DNA from: Podarcis bocagei
Taxonomy: Eukaryota
Assembly: GCA_964188305.1 (NCBI GenBank)
Contig: OZ076890.1
Strand: one strand, 5' to 3'
DNA length: 64,000 nt
Both the position numbers and the translations under genes were made by a program. This document shows, in pieces, positions 48,207 to 61,135 of this stretch (positions are counted from its first letter, which is position 1; each line of letters starts with the position of its first letter). Below the pieces are notes generated by a model that was not told the origin of the DNA, ran no database searches, and worked only from the letters and a program-made list of their open reading frames with translations.

Positions 48207-51200
48207 TCTGAGTTGCAAAATGCTGGAGTGGTTGCTGATTATAAAAGTCGCATGGACAATTTCCTACAGGCTTTTACATAAAACATTCTTACTGGTGGTG
48301 TCACAAATGATTTGTACATGCTGGAAAGACTAAAACAACCTATTTAAGTGTAATTCCAATCAATCAGTTCTGTAGATGGTTTCCTAGACACTTTCGATGA
48401 ATCAGTTCTGCATACCGTGGGCTCATCTTGAAAATGTAAACATCTTTCTAAATTGCCCTGGTGGTAGACGGCAATAATAGAAGAGAGGAAAAACATTCAT
48501 ATGCTTCCTGTGGCAGATATTGAAGATTCTGAATTGGATCCTTAAACCTTAAAGAAACAATCTGTAGAAATGGTGAGATTGACCTTACATGCCAAAATCA
48601 AACACAGCAGTAATGGAGTAAAAATGCATAGGACCCACCTGAGAAGGACTCAAAAGTTTTCATTATATTTGTGCACATAAGACATTATGTATTTATTCAG
48701 AAGAAAAGAAATCAGTTTGCTTATTTGACTGCCAATAAATTGATTTTGACACCTAGGTAATTTTGTCTGCCCCTTAAAAGCCACGGGGAACATTTGTCTT
48801 TATAAGAAAACTGACCAACAACAAAACGACAGACTCCATGGGCAAAAATTATGGGTGTTCTAAAACAAAGATAAAGATAATGGATGTCGCCCAAGAAACG
48901 TGTATGCCCCTACCCCACCATTCAGGAGGCACTAACTATTGGGTGCTTCTGAATTTTTCTGACCACCTGGACAGGATTCTTCTGTGATACTGCTTTTCAG
49001 TTTGAAATGTTATTAATATATATATTATCACTGAAAACTGCTTCAAAATGTCTTTTTAATGGTAAGTAGAATAACAATATTCTTAAATAAATAATAAAAT
49101 AAAATGAGACAGCTTAAGAAGAAAAAACACTCAGATTACTCCAAATATTGACTCGTCTCCTCCACTATTATCAAGGTGAAGTAAAATACCTTAAGTAGCA
49201 AACACACAACAATGAATTACTAAACAGGTGAATTCCTGCATGTTAAATGTCAAAAGGAAAGTTAATACAGTTTGCTTACCTGGAAGATACCCCATTGAAC
49301 ACAGTAAAAATTACTTCTCATATATATGCATTGAAGAAGAATAAATTGGAACAATTATAAGAAAAGAGATTAAAATGCAAGGTAAAGAACAGGTGATCTA
49401 TGCTGTTAAATATTCAATGCAATTAGTGTTGAACAGAAAATAATTTCATGCACTACTCTATACTTAATTTATCAATATGATCTCGTACAAGGTCAAATAA
49501 CTGGCTGAAAGATAATGAATTTTCCAGCCATTTATGTAAAGAATTCTAGCATTGAGTGGGATGCAGAATCAATAAGAAAGCAGCTAACATGCTGAATGGA
49601 AACAGTCATAGTTGTTTAATATGTGAGTCAGGAATGGTGCAAGTCTTCAAAAGAAGGAGCTTGCAATACACTTTCCTCCAAGCGGGACATTAGACAGGAA
49701 GGATATATGATATGGCACCTCTCAGTTCACAAGCACTATGCCTTTCCATATCAATAGACAGAGGACAAGTGGAAGAGTGTTCAATTGGTTTTCAGGATGA
49801 GCTGGAGAAATCTTGTACAATAGGGGTGGGACAGGATGGGGTCAGATCTGTTGCCTGAGGCAATGACTTCACCTTGTCTCATTGATGGGCTGCCCCTGCC
49901 TCCAGGTTAAGACTTCCAGGGACATTATGGGCCTCTCCATGAGCAATATGAGAATATTGTTGATCCTTAACTTCATGTTTTACAACATAAATTTCCATTA
50001 AAGTATGAAAGATTCTTTTCCAGTTTCTCAGCAGCTGGAATGCACTTGTATGTCCTATTATTTTAACATCTTTTTGCATCTATGTGTTTGTAGTCTTTGC
50101 CTTTAAAGGAATTGACATTAATTATAAAGTGTAGAAGTAATTTAATATGTCACTGCAGAATTTTACAGCTTGAAACAGCTCATCCTTCAATAATTAAGTC
50201 AATAAAGTTAACTTAATTCAATTTAAACCGTGCTGTTTTTTTAGGCCTTGTGAAGTGATTACAATTAGTAATTCATAATTAGTATTTTATTGATGTCCAT
50301 ACACCGGATTGCCAGGGATCATCAAGATACAACGATGATTGGAGGTAATTTGATAAACATTCAGAACTGTTGCATTAATGACATGCCTCCCAATTATGTC
50401 TAGAGTTAATGAATGCATTTAAATATTATGGAGATGGATTTAAAGGACAGCTCAACCTTAATTATTATACAGTTTTTCCCTCTAACATTCTAATTAGAGT
50501 TCTTCTGGTTATAACCCTTTTGTTTCTCCTTTTTTTAATAGAAAGAATGGAAATTCGGAAAAAGTCATAGGAATGACTATAAAGTTTCGTCAATTAAAAA
50601 AAATCAACATATATCAATAAAAATAATTAGCCAGATTGGACAATGCCTGTCTCACAAATCAACCCATTGTATGAAGGGCAGTTGGTGCATAACCTGTTCT
50701 CTCTATGCTTCCAGTTTGCAGGCTCTGCTATCCCTGCATATCCATGCAGGTACAGAATGTCAAAAGATAATCTGCAGACATAATTCTGCTGCTGTTGTCT
50801 GTTGATTATCGGTTCTTCAGTTGTGACGGTTGAACAGGGTCATTTTGACCCAGAACTATGGAAACACGGCTGCGTTCAGTTAAGAACAATAGTAGAAAAC
50901 CAATATATCCGAACACTGGCGTATGCATTTTCAGTGTTGTCATGCAATGTGTGTGGCAGTCAAAAAGGTAATACTTGTTTAATCCACACTCAGGTGACTA
51001 ATGAGTCCGGGCAAGAGCTTACCAAATGAGCTGGTACATTGTGTGGACAAGTGTTTTGCCTCTTTATTCTGGATGTGGGTGCCAACTATTACCTGAGATC
51101 ATGTTGGAAGCCTCACACAACATATGTGTCATCAAGAAACGAAAAAAGGATGATTGCTGACCACTTTGTTGTAATCTTTACAAGTAGGGAGAAATTTGGT

Positions 51201-51943
51201 TAGGTCCACATTTTAATACGAATCTACTTAGTTTATGCTTCCTGAAACTAAGTGTGCAAACTGAAATGCAGCTACTGTTTGAAATATGCAGGTTTTTTTT
51301 AATTTTTGCAATGTACCAGTAGCTGACCAACCCAAAAATATGTTCAAAATGAATGTGTGTGTGTGTGTGAATGCACACATCAGTGAAAATTTGGCAGCAA
51401 CTGCATATGTAAAAATGTTGTTGTTGTTTTTACAATTAATTACCTACCCTATACCCTAAAGTCCCATGGACAGTTACAACAATCAAACATAACAATTAAA
51501 ACTCAGCATTAATATTAAAGCACAACATCACACAATATTAAGAACAGTTTAAAACAGCTTAAAATTATCAGGAGAAAATCACACTAAAATGCTGAGAGAT
51601 TCTCACAAGGACTTAAAAAACAAAACAAAAAACACTGCTTCAGACTGCAGAAATGTGGCAAATATATTATTGGGAAAATGAGGCACTGAGAGAAACCGAA
51701 GTTGACAGATTTGTCCATCTATACTTTCAGAACCATCTGATATTGTACAGTGAGACTGAGTGACTGGCCTAGGGTCAGCTACACCCTGGCAGTGGTGACT
51801 TCCCAATTGGTAGCTTAGTCTGGTAGCCACTATGTTATAGTTCAAAAGAAAAAGTAACCCATGCTAGTACGGTACTATATCTCACCCTTGCTATAGTGTG
51901 CCATGATCTGATTTTATTTGGGATTTTTGAAAAACAGAAACTG

Positions 51944-52138
51944 GAACATAGGAAGCTATCGTATACTGAGTCAGACTATTGGTTCATCTAACCTAGTAGT
52001 GTCTGCACTGATTGGCATCAGCTCCCCAGGAGTTCAATGGGGGTTCTTTTCCAGTGCTATCTGAAGATGCCATGGCTTAAACCTAGTACTTTATGTATGG
52101 AAAGCAGATCCTCTGCCTCTCTGTTACTGCCCTTCCCA
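51944..52138 (-). mobile_element. Old tRNA-derived SINE (family of 23146)
   Basis: gaacataggaagct...tatactgagtcagac...gtctgcactgattggca is the reverse complement of the 23146 body. Confidence 0.7.
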
Positions 52139-54309
52139 GCTGGGGAAGGGACACTAAGGAATGGTTCAACATTTGTCATAGTATTTAAAAAAGCCCAAAA
52201 CAAAACAAAAACAAGGAGCTAAAACTGAAAGATGCTCAGGAATAACTTTTCATCAATGGCCTTAGGCTACAGCTATAAACAGGGCAAGAGGAAGCCCCAG
52301 GTGGTCATCTATGAAACTGGAGTCGCCTTCTCTTGTACTTGCAAGCGTCAAACTGTCAGTGCTGATAGTTAATAATAACTCTGCTGCTCAGCATGCAAAA
52401 TGGATAGGCACATGAAGGATGCCAGCCACTGTGAGGAATAAGATAAGAAATAAGTAGTCTGCTTGATATATCTATTAAGTTTCACGATTGCATGAATTTG
52501 CTCTGGAAATCACAGTTGAAGCCTCTTCCTTACAGTAAGCTTTGGTCTTTTCTATTTCAACTATATGGGTCTACAGAGTGCAGGACTAATGAGAGTAGGA
52601 AAGCCACCTGGGTATACCAAGTTCATGATTAAAAACGATAATTTGGGAACATCTGTCAGTTTAAAGAAGTTAAAAAACATTCAAGCAGGTTATAGAATGC
52701 TCTCTCTCCACTCCCTATTTCACAAACTGTCAACAAGCTTCTGGACTAACTCTAGTTGTTTAAAATGTAGTTTTTGTCTCAGAACCTTTTCAGGTAAACT
52801 GGTTGTTATTGCATTATTCAGTGTGTGTGTTGCTGCCCTCTTCTGGATGGTTTCAACTTTGTGTTCAAATCCACATAGCCCTGCTAACATCTCTTTGCTA
52901 ACACAAAATTGAACAGACTTCTGGAACAGATTCCTTTTGAGAACCAAGGTACGACTGTACAGGTATAAGCCGGAGGGGGAAATGTTTGGAGTGATTGAGC
53001 ATTTGGGGGAAAGGTCAGTGGAAGATTCTGGGAGTGAAATGTACTAAAGGCTAGGGTGTAGCTACAACAGAGCAGAGCCCAGTTCCATTTCTCCCTTGAA
53101 GCATTATGTACCATAGACTGTTTCTTCCATCCAGCAAGGAAAGACAGTATCTCCATTCCCATAAGTATCCAAAGCATGCAACCATACGCACAGACATAAA
53201 GTAACCTGCCAGCACATCTATTCTCCATGAGTAAATCCTGCATATCACTGTTCAAAGGGGCCAGGTTTAGGAGAGTTCTGTGTGGTTGTGATGATGGTGC
53301 TAGCAGCAGAAAGCAACATAAAGGTGCCTAGTCCCCTCTTTCACCTACCAAGTAGGGTGTGAGTGTACCCTCCTGTTGCAATGCCTTTGCAGCTTTGACT
53401 GTAGTTGAAAGCCAAAGTGTGCTAACAAGCTCCATGGGCAGCTTGTGTATCCATCTACTCCCTGTCGCTTCTGTACCTAACTTTACAGCTAGACTGTATA
53501 CTATCAATAAATGACAGTATGGATACAAGTAATGTGTGTTGTTAGGGCTCTGTGTAATGGGGATAAAATGTATCATTTCAAAATCCTTCATCGTAGGGGT
53601 TTCTGCGACAGCTCAGCAAGCTAAAAGAATAAAAGCTAGTGGATGAAGATCCATGCCCCAAAAGGTGTAGTTACTGTATATTCCTAGTCTGTTACATCAG
53701 TAAGCAAACTCTACTGAGTAGGCTGGAGAAATGAACTTGAAAGAAAGTTGTTCCAAAGATTATATGTAGCAGCAGAGAATCTGGAAAGCTTTACCATATG
53801 GAAAGATTAGAAGGGAAGGGCTGATTTTGCAGAACATGTCGGCATTTTGATTCCAGATTCAAGAGGTGAGCAAGATAGTCACTTCTCTCTCTCTCTCTAA
53901 CTTAGGTGAAGCAGAAATTCCACAGGTAATACTTTTATCAGCTTGGTAGGCAGACATTCAACAGGCAATACTTTTCTATGATATATAGTGATAGGAAATG
54001 TTACACCACTTGAATTTCTTCCTGCCATGCAGTTTTTAATAGTGTAAGAGTCCAGAGAGAATCTGTCTTCCTATATATCCATCCATCTAGCTGAACACAG
54101 AGAGAATTGTGTCTGTCTGAACCATGCTGATATAGAGTTATTTACTGGGCATGATACTGTATCACAAAGCTATACCCAATACGAAAACACAATTTCACGT
54201 GCCATCTAAACAAATGTGTACACTGATATAGTTGGGTGTTTTTTTTTTATTAAAGAAACCTAAATCAATAAATTGAACTACTACTACTATGTAACTGAAG
54301 AACTTGAAT

Positions 54310-54472
54310 TGATTTATGGTGTGTCTGAATTCCAGTTGGGAGAAGATGAGTGCTATTGTGACCATATTCTCCTTCTGAGCTGCCCATAGGGCATTTAGTT
54401 AGCCACTGTGAGAACAGAACGCTGGACTAGATAGGCATTGATGCTGACCCAGCAGGGCATTTATTATGTTCT
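54310..54472 (+). mobile_element. Old CR1 3' UTR fragment
   Basis: gccactgtgagaacagaacgctggactagat...ccagcagggc...ttatgttct. Confidence 0.65.
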
Positions 54473-57263
54473 GATACTCCTTTATTAAGCATAAATATAT
54501 TTACATAATTTGTAGATACTTAAGTATCTTCTTTAAACACTGAATATAACACAATATTTAATGAACAAAAACTCTCACATTCTTAAAGGTAAGGCTGCCT
54601 TGTAGAAAAACCTACAAAAATTATTGACCAATCAATTTTTCCTTAGCCTGCTGCAGGACTAGTATTCTGTGTGCCCTTTTACAACTGGCATGGAAATGCA
54701 GGGCACTAGCCTCTTAGCAAGCAAATTAGAAAACAAAAATTAAAGCCTTCTACCCAGCACGTTGATAAAGGAAAGGTGGAGGGACACTTGTTTGGGCAGA
54801 ATTCTTTGTTTACCAGGTGAATTGGTAAATCAAGGCTGATGTATGAACTTTGATATTTTATTTTTATGTTTTCCTATTATAGCAAGGCACCAACTCTGAA
54901 ACAGCTTGATTAAAATGTTTCTTTGTCAATAGCATTGGCTGTCACTAATTAATCAACTAAAGTTTTCCTTGATATAGCTAGTGAATCCTTGCTACAGTTC
55001 CCACAAGTAAACATTTTTTTACAATGTATTTCTATTCTCAGTTCTGGGCTACCAATGCCATCTCTTAAATTCACGTAAATTCAAGTATATTCTTTGCACA
55101 GCAATGCTTAGCTTTCACTGTCAACATCCTGAGGTTGATCTCCCGGCAGGTAGAACTAGATCTGCCAAAAGATTTAAATCTCCCTCTGTCTCCCTGAACA
55201 AAATATGTACCAAGAGAGAAGCATGACTGTGACACTGTCAACACTTTCCCATTTATACCATAGCTTTTTTAAAAATTGCAGTCAATTTTCAAGGAGTTCA
55301 GCAAGTAAATGCCATTACGCTTCATCACATATCTGCTCTGGTCATTGCCTTCAAATCAAAACTTTACTCTTTGTTAGGGTACATTGTCATGTTTCTTGTC
55401 AGAAGATAGGCTTTGGAGCGATGAAGTTGTCTTCTCAACCAAACCTTTCACTGTTCTGAACTTCTGCTGGAAACCACAAATGTTTTTTTTGGCTGCCAGA
55501 ATACTCATTCCCATCACACTGCGCCAGAAGCAGTTGTTGTGTGGCCATGGCAGGGGCTGGACTCCTCTTCCCTCAGCTTCAGTGGAAAGGGAAAGGACTT
55601 TCCACTTCCTTTTGTTGCAGCAACTGCCGAGGACACGCCTTTGTTGCCAGTCATGGGAGCAGGAGGGGCCAGGGCCATGGAGCAGATGGGGGGACATTTC
55701 CCCCTTCTAGTCTGCTTTCTGGCTATATAAAGTTGACTGCTCCTGGGCCTGGACCCTGGATTCCTCTCCCTCCCTCCCTCAGTTTCAGGGATTATGGGCT
55801 GCCTGGAATTTAGGAGGCATTCCGTTGCCAGAGCTTGCTAATAGTTGCTGTATTTGGGGCCAGGGAGGAATTTTGCTTGCAGACCAATTGGGCCTGCCTG
55901 TGAGTTTTTGCCTCCTCATAGCAATGGTCACTATTCCTTGGCATGGAGCTGGATCCTTAGTCCACACAGGTGCATAACACTCCATATAGAAAATGAAAGG
56001 CCAGCTATTTGCGTCATCTCTGTGCTTGTCAATTAAACAAAAATAGTGTCTGTGGAGGGGAAGGGAGAATTAGAGAAGGACTCTGGTGTGTGGGGAGTTG
56101 TTTTCTGGTTGCAAATAACAGGTATAGGGTGATTCCAATTGGGATGGCAAAGAAGCTGAGGAGTTAAACCCTCGTCTCCTCACACAATACTTTCCTGATC
56201 CAGGTTATTTCATGGCCCCTTCCCCAGCTTGCTTTCTCTTTTTTAAGATTAAAATGGAGCATGCCAGGGCAAGATACATGATGAAATAATGTCTGATTTA
56301 TATGTTTTAAAATATTGTGGTAAATTCTCTTGATTTTCTTATTTTATCTTTTTGTAAACTGCTTTGAGGGATTTTCTTTTTTACAATCAAATGCTGTATA
56401 CATTTTATGAAATAAATACATAAAATAAAATATTCTGCCCTAACTCATCAGGCAGAATGCTGACATATGGGTTTTGCATGAAGGGTAGGCAGGACAATCC
56501 ACCAGGAAGCAGTGGGGCAGGACAGAGGTGGAGCCGCCACCATATCTGCAGATCTGTTGTGCATGCCAGGTGGGAAAGATTACTGGGGCCAGCCTGAAGC
56601 AATATTCACATTTAAAAGGAAGAATTGCTATTATTCTATCTTCCTTTATTACTCTAGGCCCACTCTCACAAGTAAGGGGAAAGAAACACTTTTGAATAAG
56701 CACTATACAATGCATGAGAAATTTCCTTAAATATATATATAAATGTGAGATGCTGGAGATATTCAAACTAAAGAACATGGATTACAGGCTAAATTGGTCC
56801 ATAGGAGGAGACCTTCAACCTTCAACTCCATGAAGCATTTTTTCAGGGCGATTGATTGATTGTTCTATCTCACATCTGACTCTTCTTTACTACATCATCT
56901 CGGGAGACTGCATTCTAGTCTAGATTTTAGTTTCTCAATCTGGAACTTGCCATTCAAGGCAGCACATTACAACTACTCTCCCAAAGGTCAAGGATCACTT
57001 AATTGGATTTCTGACAGTGATGTATGAAGACAGGAGAGCTCTTAGTAAAACAAGCTTTCTTCAGGTCCAGGACACACCAGCTTTGTAAACTTCATTGTCC
57101 CTGCCAGCTCAAGGGCTGAAGTTTTCATTTGTGACCAAAGCACTTGCAAGTAATACTGGTAGGCACTGAGCATCTTAGCCACAATCCAGAGAATATTCAG
57201 AATCCATGCATATAGGTACACAAATCTGGGATGGGTTGCTTATCGTGTAGCAACCCTCTACCG

Positions 57264-57399
57264 TAGGCTTCCTCAACCCTGGCCCTCTAGATGTCTTAAG
57301 ACTACAATTCCCATCATCCCTGACCACTGGTCCTGCTAGCTAGGGATCATGGGAGTTGTAGGCCAAAAACATCTGGAGGGCCAAGGTTGAGGAAGCCTG
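57264..57399. mobile_element. Palindromic hAT MITE (family of 7670)
   Basis: taggcttcctcaacc / ggttgaggaagcctg; same core as 7670; 8-bp TSD ctctaccg / ctctacca. Confidence 0.9.
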
Positions 57400-58244
57400 C
57401 TCTACCACATCTAATTTTGCAGAGAAAACAGACTTTGAAATGCAAGCAAGTTTCTCAAACGCAGTCTGAGTTATGATATAGGGGCTCAAGGAAAAGGAAA
57501 AGTAGTGGGTACACAATGTGTCCCCATGAATTGTGAATCCTTTGCAAATTTCAAAGTATGTCTTTTTTCAAGAAAGAAGATAAAGTATGTTCTATAGATG
57601 TCGAGGGATACTAGAAATAGGATGAAGTTATGTTTCTCTCTCTCATCATTTTGACCCTGAAGTCCACGTTTTGGGGTTTATCCATAAAGTGGGTCATCCT
57701 TTCCAAACATGTTAACTCTCTCCTCTTCTGCCACATGTTGCCCCACTATAACAAATGCTGCATCCATCTTTTGACACAATGTGCTCCCTTTTATCTTCAG
57801 ACGTGTGACATACTTTATGGATGGTCCCAAAGGGATTTGGGAATGCTTCCTCCATTAGGCAGCCATACTGGAACTATTTATTCTGTAAACAAATGTGGAG
57901 ATGTCCAACTGCCTTGAAGGCAAGGCTAGTTTGCAACACCCCATCTTACTATTCAATCCAGCTCAGCTCCTGAATAAAAGGAAACGCTTGTGGGTGAGAG
58001 TATGAGTGTGTGGCGTGTTTTTATGTGTGTGAGAGAGCGAGAGAGAAAAAATGCTGTGTCTGCATGTCTGGTGAATGTGCGTGCTGCCTGAATCCTGAAT
58101 GCTTATGTGCGGCAAGCCTGTGTGTTTGTCATCTGTATGTATTCTATACTCATGTGCTCATAATGCCCACTGCTGGCAAGTGGCCCTCAGAAGGGTAGCA
58201 GACTGTCAGGGTGGCCCTTAGGACAAAATAGATGAGCTACTCCT

Positions 58245-58385
58245 GGCCTACACTGACTGACAGTGACTCTCCATGGTTACACCCAAGGAATCTGTCCCAG
58301 TTTCTAGGATTAAGACTCAACCTAGAATGTTTTTCATGCAAGGAAGACACTCTGCTATTGAGCTACATCCCTACATGGCAGTCCT
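58245..58385 (-). mobile_element. Old tRNA-derived SINE (family of 23146)
   Basis: ctacactgactg...catgcaagg...ctctgctattgagctac. Confidence 0.6.
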
Positions 58386-58820
58386 TCACAAAGGCAGCAA
58401 GAGAAAAACAAGCAAGCCTCAAATCAATAATCAGAAAATAAGAGATGTATCTAGTGCGAATTCCCCCCCCCCCATAATCTTATTCCAACATGACACAACA
58501 TGCTATAAATAATGAAATCAGATGGCAGAATGAGATTGTGCAATATTTTCTGGCCCATGAAAAGGTGACTAGTGAAAGTATGTTGGTCATGTTAGACTCC
58601 ATCATAGATTTCTACGTTCTGGAAAAAGTGACCTCTTGATTCATCTAACTCTGTATAAGCTAGTTTAAATATGATTGCATGGAAATGGAGGTTGGGGAAA
58701 ATACTTATGCATGATGTTGATCCTTCAAGGCAGCTAGTATAGTGTTCGCTCATGTGCCTGCTTCTTTGATCACACCATATGCATTAGTTGGTTACCCCCT
58801 CACATATAAAAACTGTAGAA

Positions 58821-59409
58821 CAGGTATGGGAAACATCCAGCCTGCAAGACAAATTAGGCTCAGCAGGGGTCCTAATGTTGCCTGCAATGCCATTTACCCC
58901 AAGCCATGCCCACCTAGCTGATGTCATAAGATGTCAGGAGTAGCTGCAAATGAACAATAAGGAAGCTTAAAATATACTACCAATTCTTCCTTCGCACGAA
59001 TGGCTTCCATTAAGCACATTTTAAATAAAAGCCCTTTTGGAATTGGTTCCACCAAGGAGCTCCCAAGTGGTACCTTCCAAAATTGGAGCTTGCAGTCACT
59101 GCCGATCAGCAGTCATGTCAAGCCCTGCTGAAATCCCAAGTGTAGCCTATTCTGCAACTGTTGGGTTTGTAGTCAGACTTGATCAGCTGATCTCAGAACT
59201 GCAAAGGGAGTAAATAAAAAATCAAAACCCACTTGGACTGCACCCTTGGTTCTTTCTTTTAATTAATTTGGGTCACCTGGCATCATGGTGACATCAGGTG
59301 AGTGACAGATGAGTGGAAACACTCATCTGTCTAAATGGCTCACAGGTGTCCTAGATCCTTTTCACATGTGCCCTAGATCCCACCAGCTGGATCATGTTCC
59401 TCCCCAGTG
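58821..59409. mobile_element. Old hAT-type non-autonomous element
   Basis: caggtatgggaaacat / atgttcctccccagtg degenerate TIR; 8-bp TSD ctgtagaa / ctgtagac. Confidence 0.55.
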
Positions 59410-60689
59410 CTGTAGACATATGAGTAATATGAGTTAACCTGTGCATTGACAAGGGCAAATGTTTTGTCAGCATGCAAACAGCTGCAGTAATGTTTCGGTT
59501 GGTGCTTTACTCTAAAAGGCAAGGTTACATATTCAACACTCTGAATGTTTCTCAAAGCAAAAATTAAAAACTCTCTCTCCATGCTGATAACTGGCACATT
59601 GGTGAGAACAGTGCTAGTCTAGCAATCTTCCTGGTGTACTAGTTTTCTTCATGTTGTAATTGTAAAGAATGGATGAGTATTGGAAAATGTGATTTTGCAC
59701 CTGCAGTTTGAATAGTGTACTACCAAGGGACTCTACTGATCATGCAGCAATTTAAATCAGGTAAGGCAACTATGTGTGTAGAGCATCCTCTCTTCTTCAG
59801 ACCCTCCTCTCAATTATGTGGGTAGTGGCAGGATTGGGCCAGAGGAGCAGCCCTAGTACTCATTAACACAATTGTAATTCTGCAGAGCTGATTGTGGAAG
59901 ATGTGAATGAACAAAATAATGCTTTATCTTCTTGTACCCATAATAAGGGTAACAAGTACTGTTCTGTTCTCGTCCAAATTACATTTCCCATTATCTACTG
60001 AAATTCAATGTGCATTATTTGCTAGCTAAGATCTCCATGGTCCTCATATTCATAAATTAAAATGTTTTACAACTTTTAACTACCACCCAGGTGTCCTGAC
60101 CAACCCTTATTAATTTAATATTCTTCCTAATGCTCTGATTTTTCATTGATCCATTTAGCACTATATATACTGCAGATACCATTTGCTCTTCACCTCACAG
60201 TAATTCAAGGGGTAGTAAAGCAGCAGTAAAGCAAGGTGTTAATAATTACTGCCAAAGTGAGTCATGGAAGAAACACAAAGAAGGTTAAAGAGAAGGCATT
60301 AACTATGAGTACAGATTCTGAGAAGGAAAGGTCTCGTGTATTTTAAAGCCAAAATGGCAGTTATGACTTTCAGTTCTGATCGAAAGTAGAAGGATTAGGA
60401 GCTGTCCAAGGTCCTAAAGTGCTCTGATCATCCTTTCTCAGTTACAAGCCAGTAGTCCTACAAAACAGAACTGAATTCCCTTGTATGACTATATCTATTA
60501 GTATATAACTAATAACTATTTTGATCAGATCCAGAGAAGACACCAAGGATCTGAACCACCAACTTCTATTAATTTATATATGTGCTGAGTGATCTCAGGT
60601 TTTGCTGAATTTATTAGAAGCTTGATTTTTTAATCTCTCTCTCTCTCTCTTTTCATGAAAATGGGTCCAGAAGACCACTTACAATAATA

Positions 60690-61135
60690 AAACATTTAAT
60701 TTTATACACACATTTTAGATCAATTTCAAAAGGAAAAGAAATGTGAAACTGGGGAAAGCAGCAGGAGCAACAGGCAAAACTAACTTTGAAAGACCTGTTG
60801 GAACAGAAACACATTGTTCTAGAAAGCTAGAAAAGATCTAATCCTAAAAACTTTATAACAGATAGCTATATAATAGCTGAGGTGTCACTACTGAAAAGGT
60901 CCTGTACATCAATCTTGCTTCAAGTAATATAGCAGATCACAATTACATCTTACATTCATAATGGCTGGAGAGGCTTCTAAGGATGAAGAGGTTCTCTAAG
61001 GCACTCTGGAATATGACCATTAGGGCGCTGGGGAACAATCCTAAGTATGTGAGTATATATTGCACTTGCTCTTAGTTCCTATTTTAAATAAGGTTTAAGC
61101 TTATAATTAGGCATTTGGGATCTATATTACTAACA
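60690..61135 (-). mobile_element. Highly decayed L2 3' fragment
   Basis: gtcactactgaaaaggtcctg (RAFS-like on minus strand) in similar context to 31135-31600. Confidence 0.45.

Noticed and set aside
50802-51029. 75-aa ORF in CpG-retaining block
   Set aside because: Non-ATG start, no recognisable domain, flanking splice sites do not give a frame-preserving exon; better explained as non-coding conserved DNA.
59707-59760. 54-nt AG...GTAAGG candidate exon
   Set aside because: Stop codons in all three frames and a weak pyrimidine tract.
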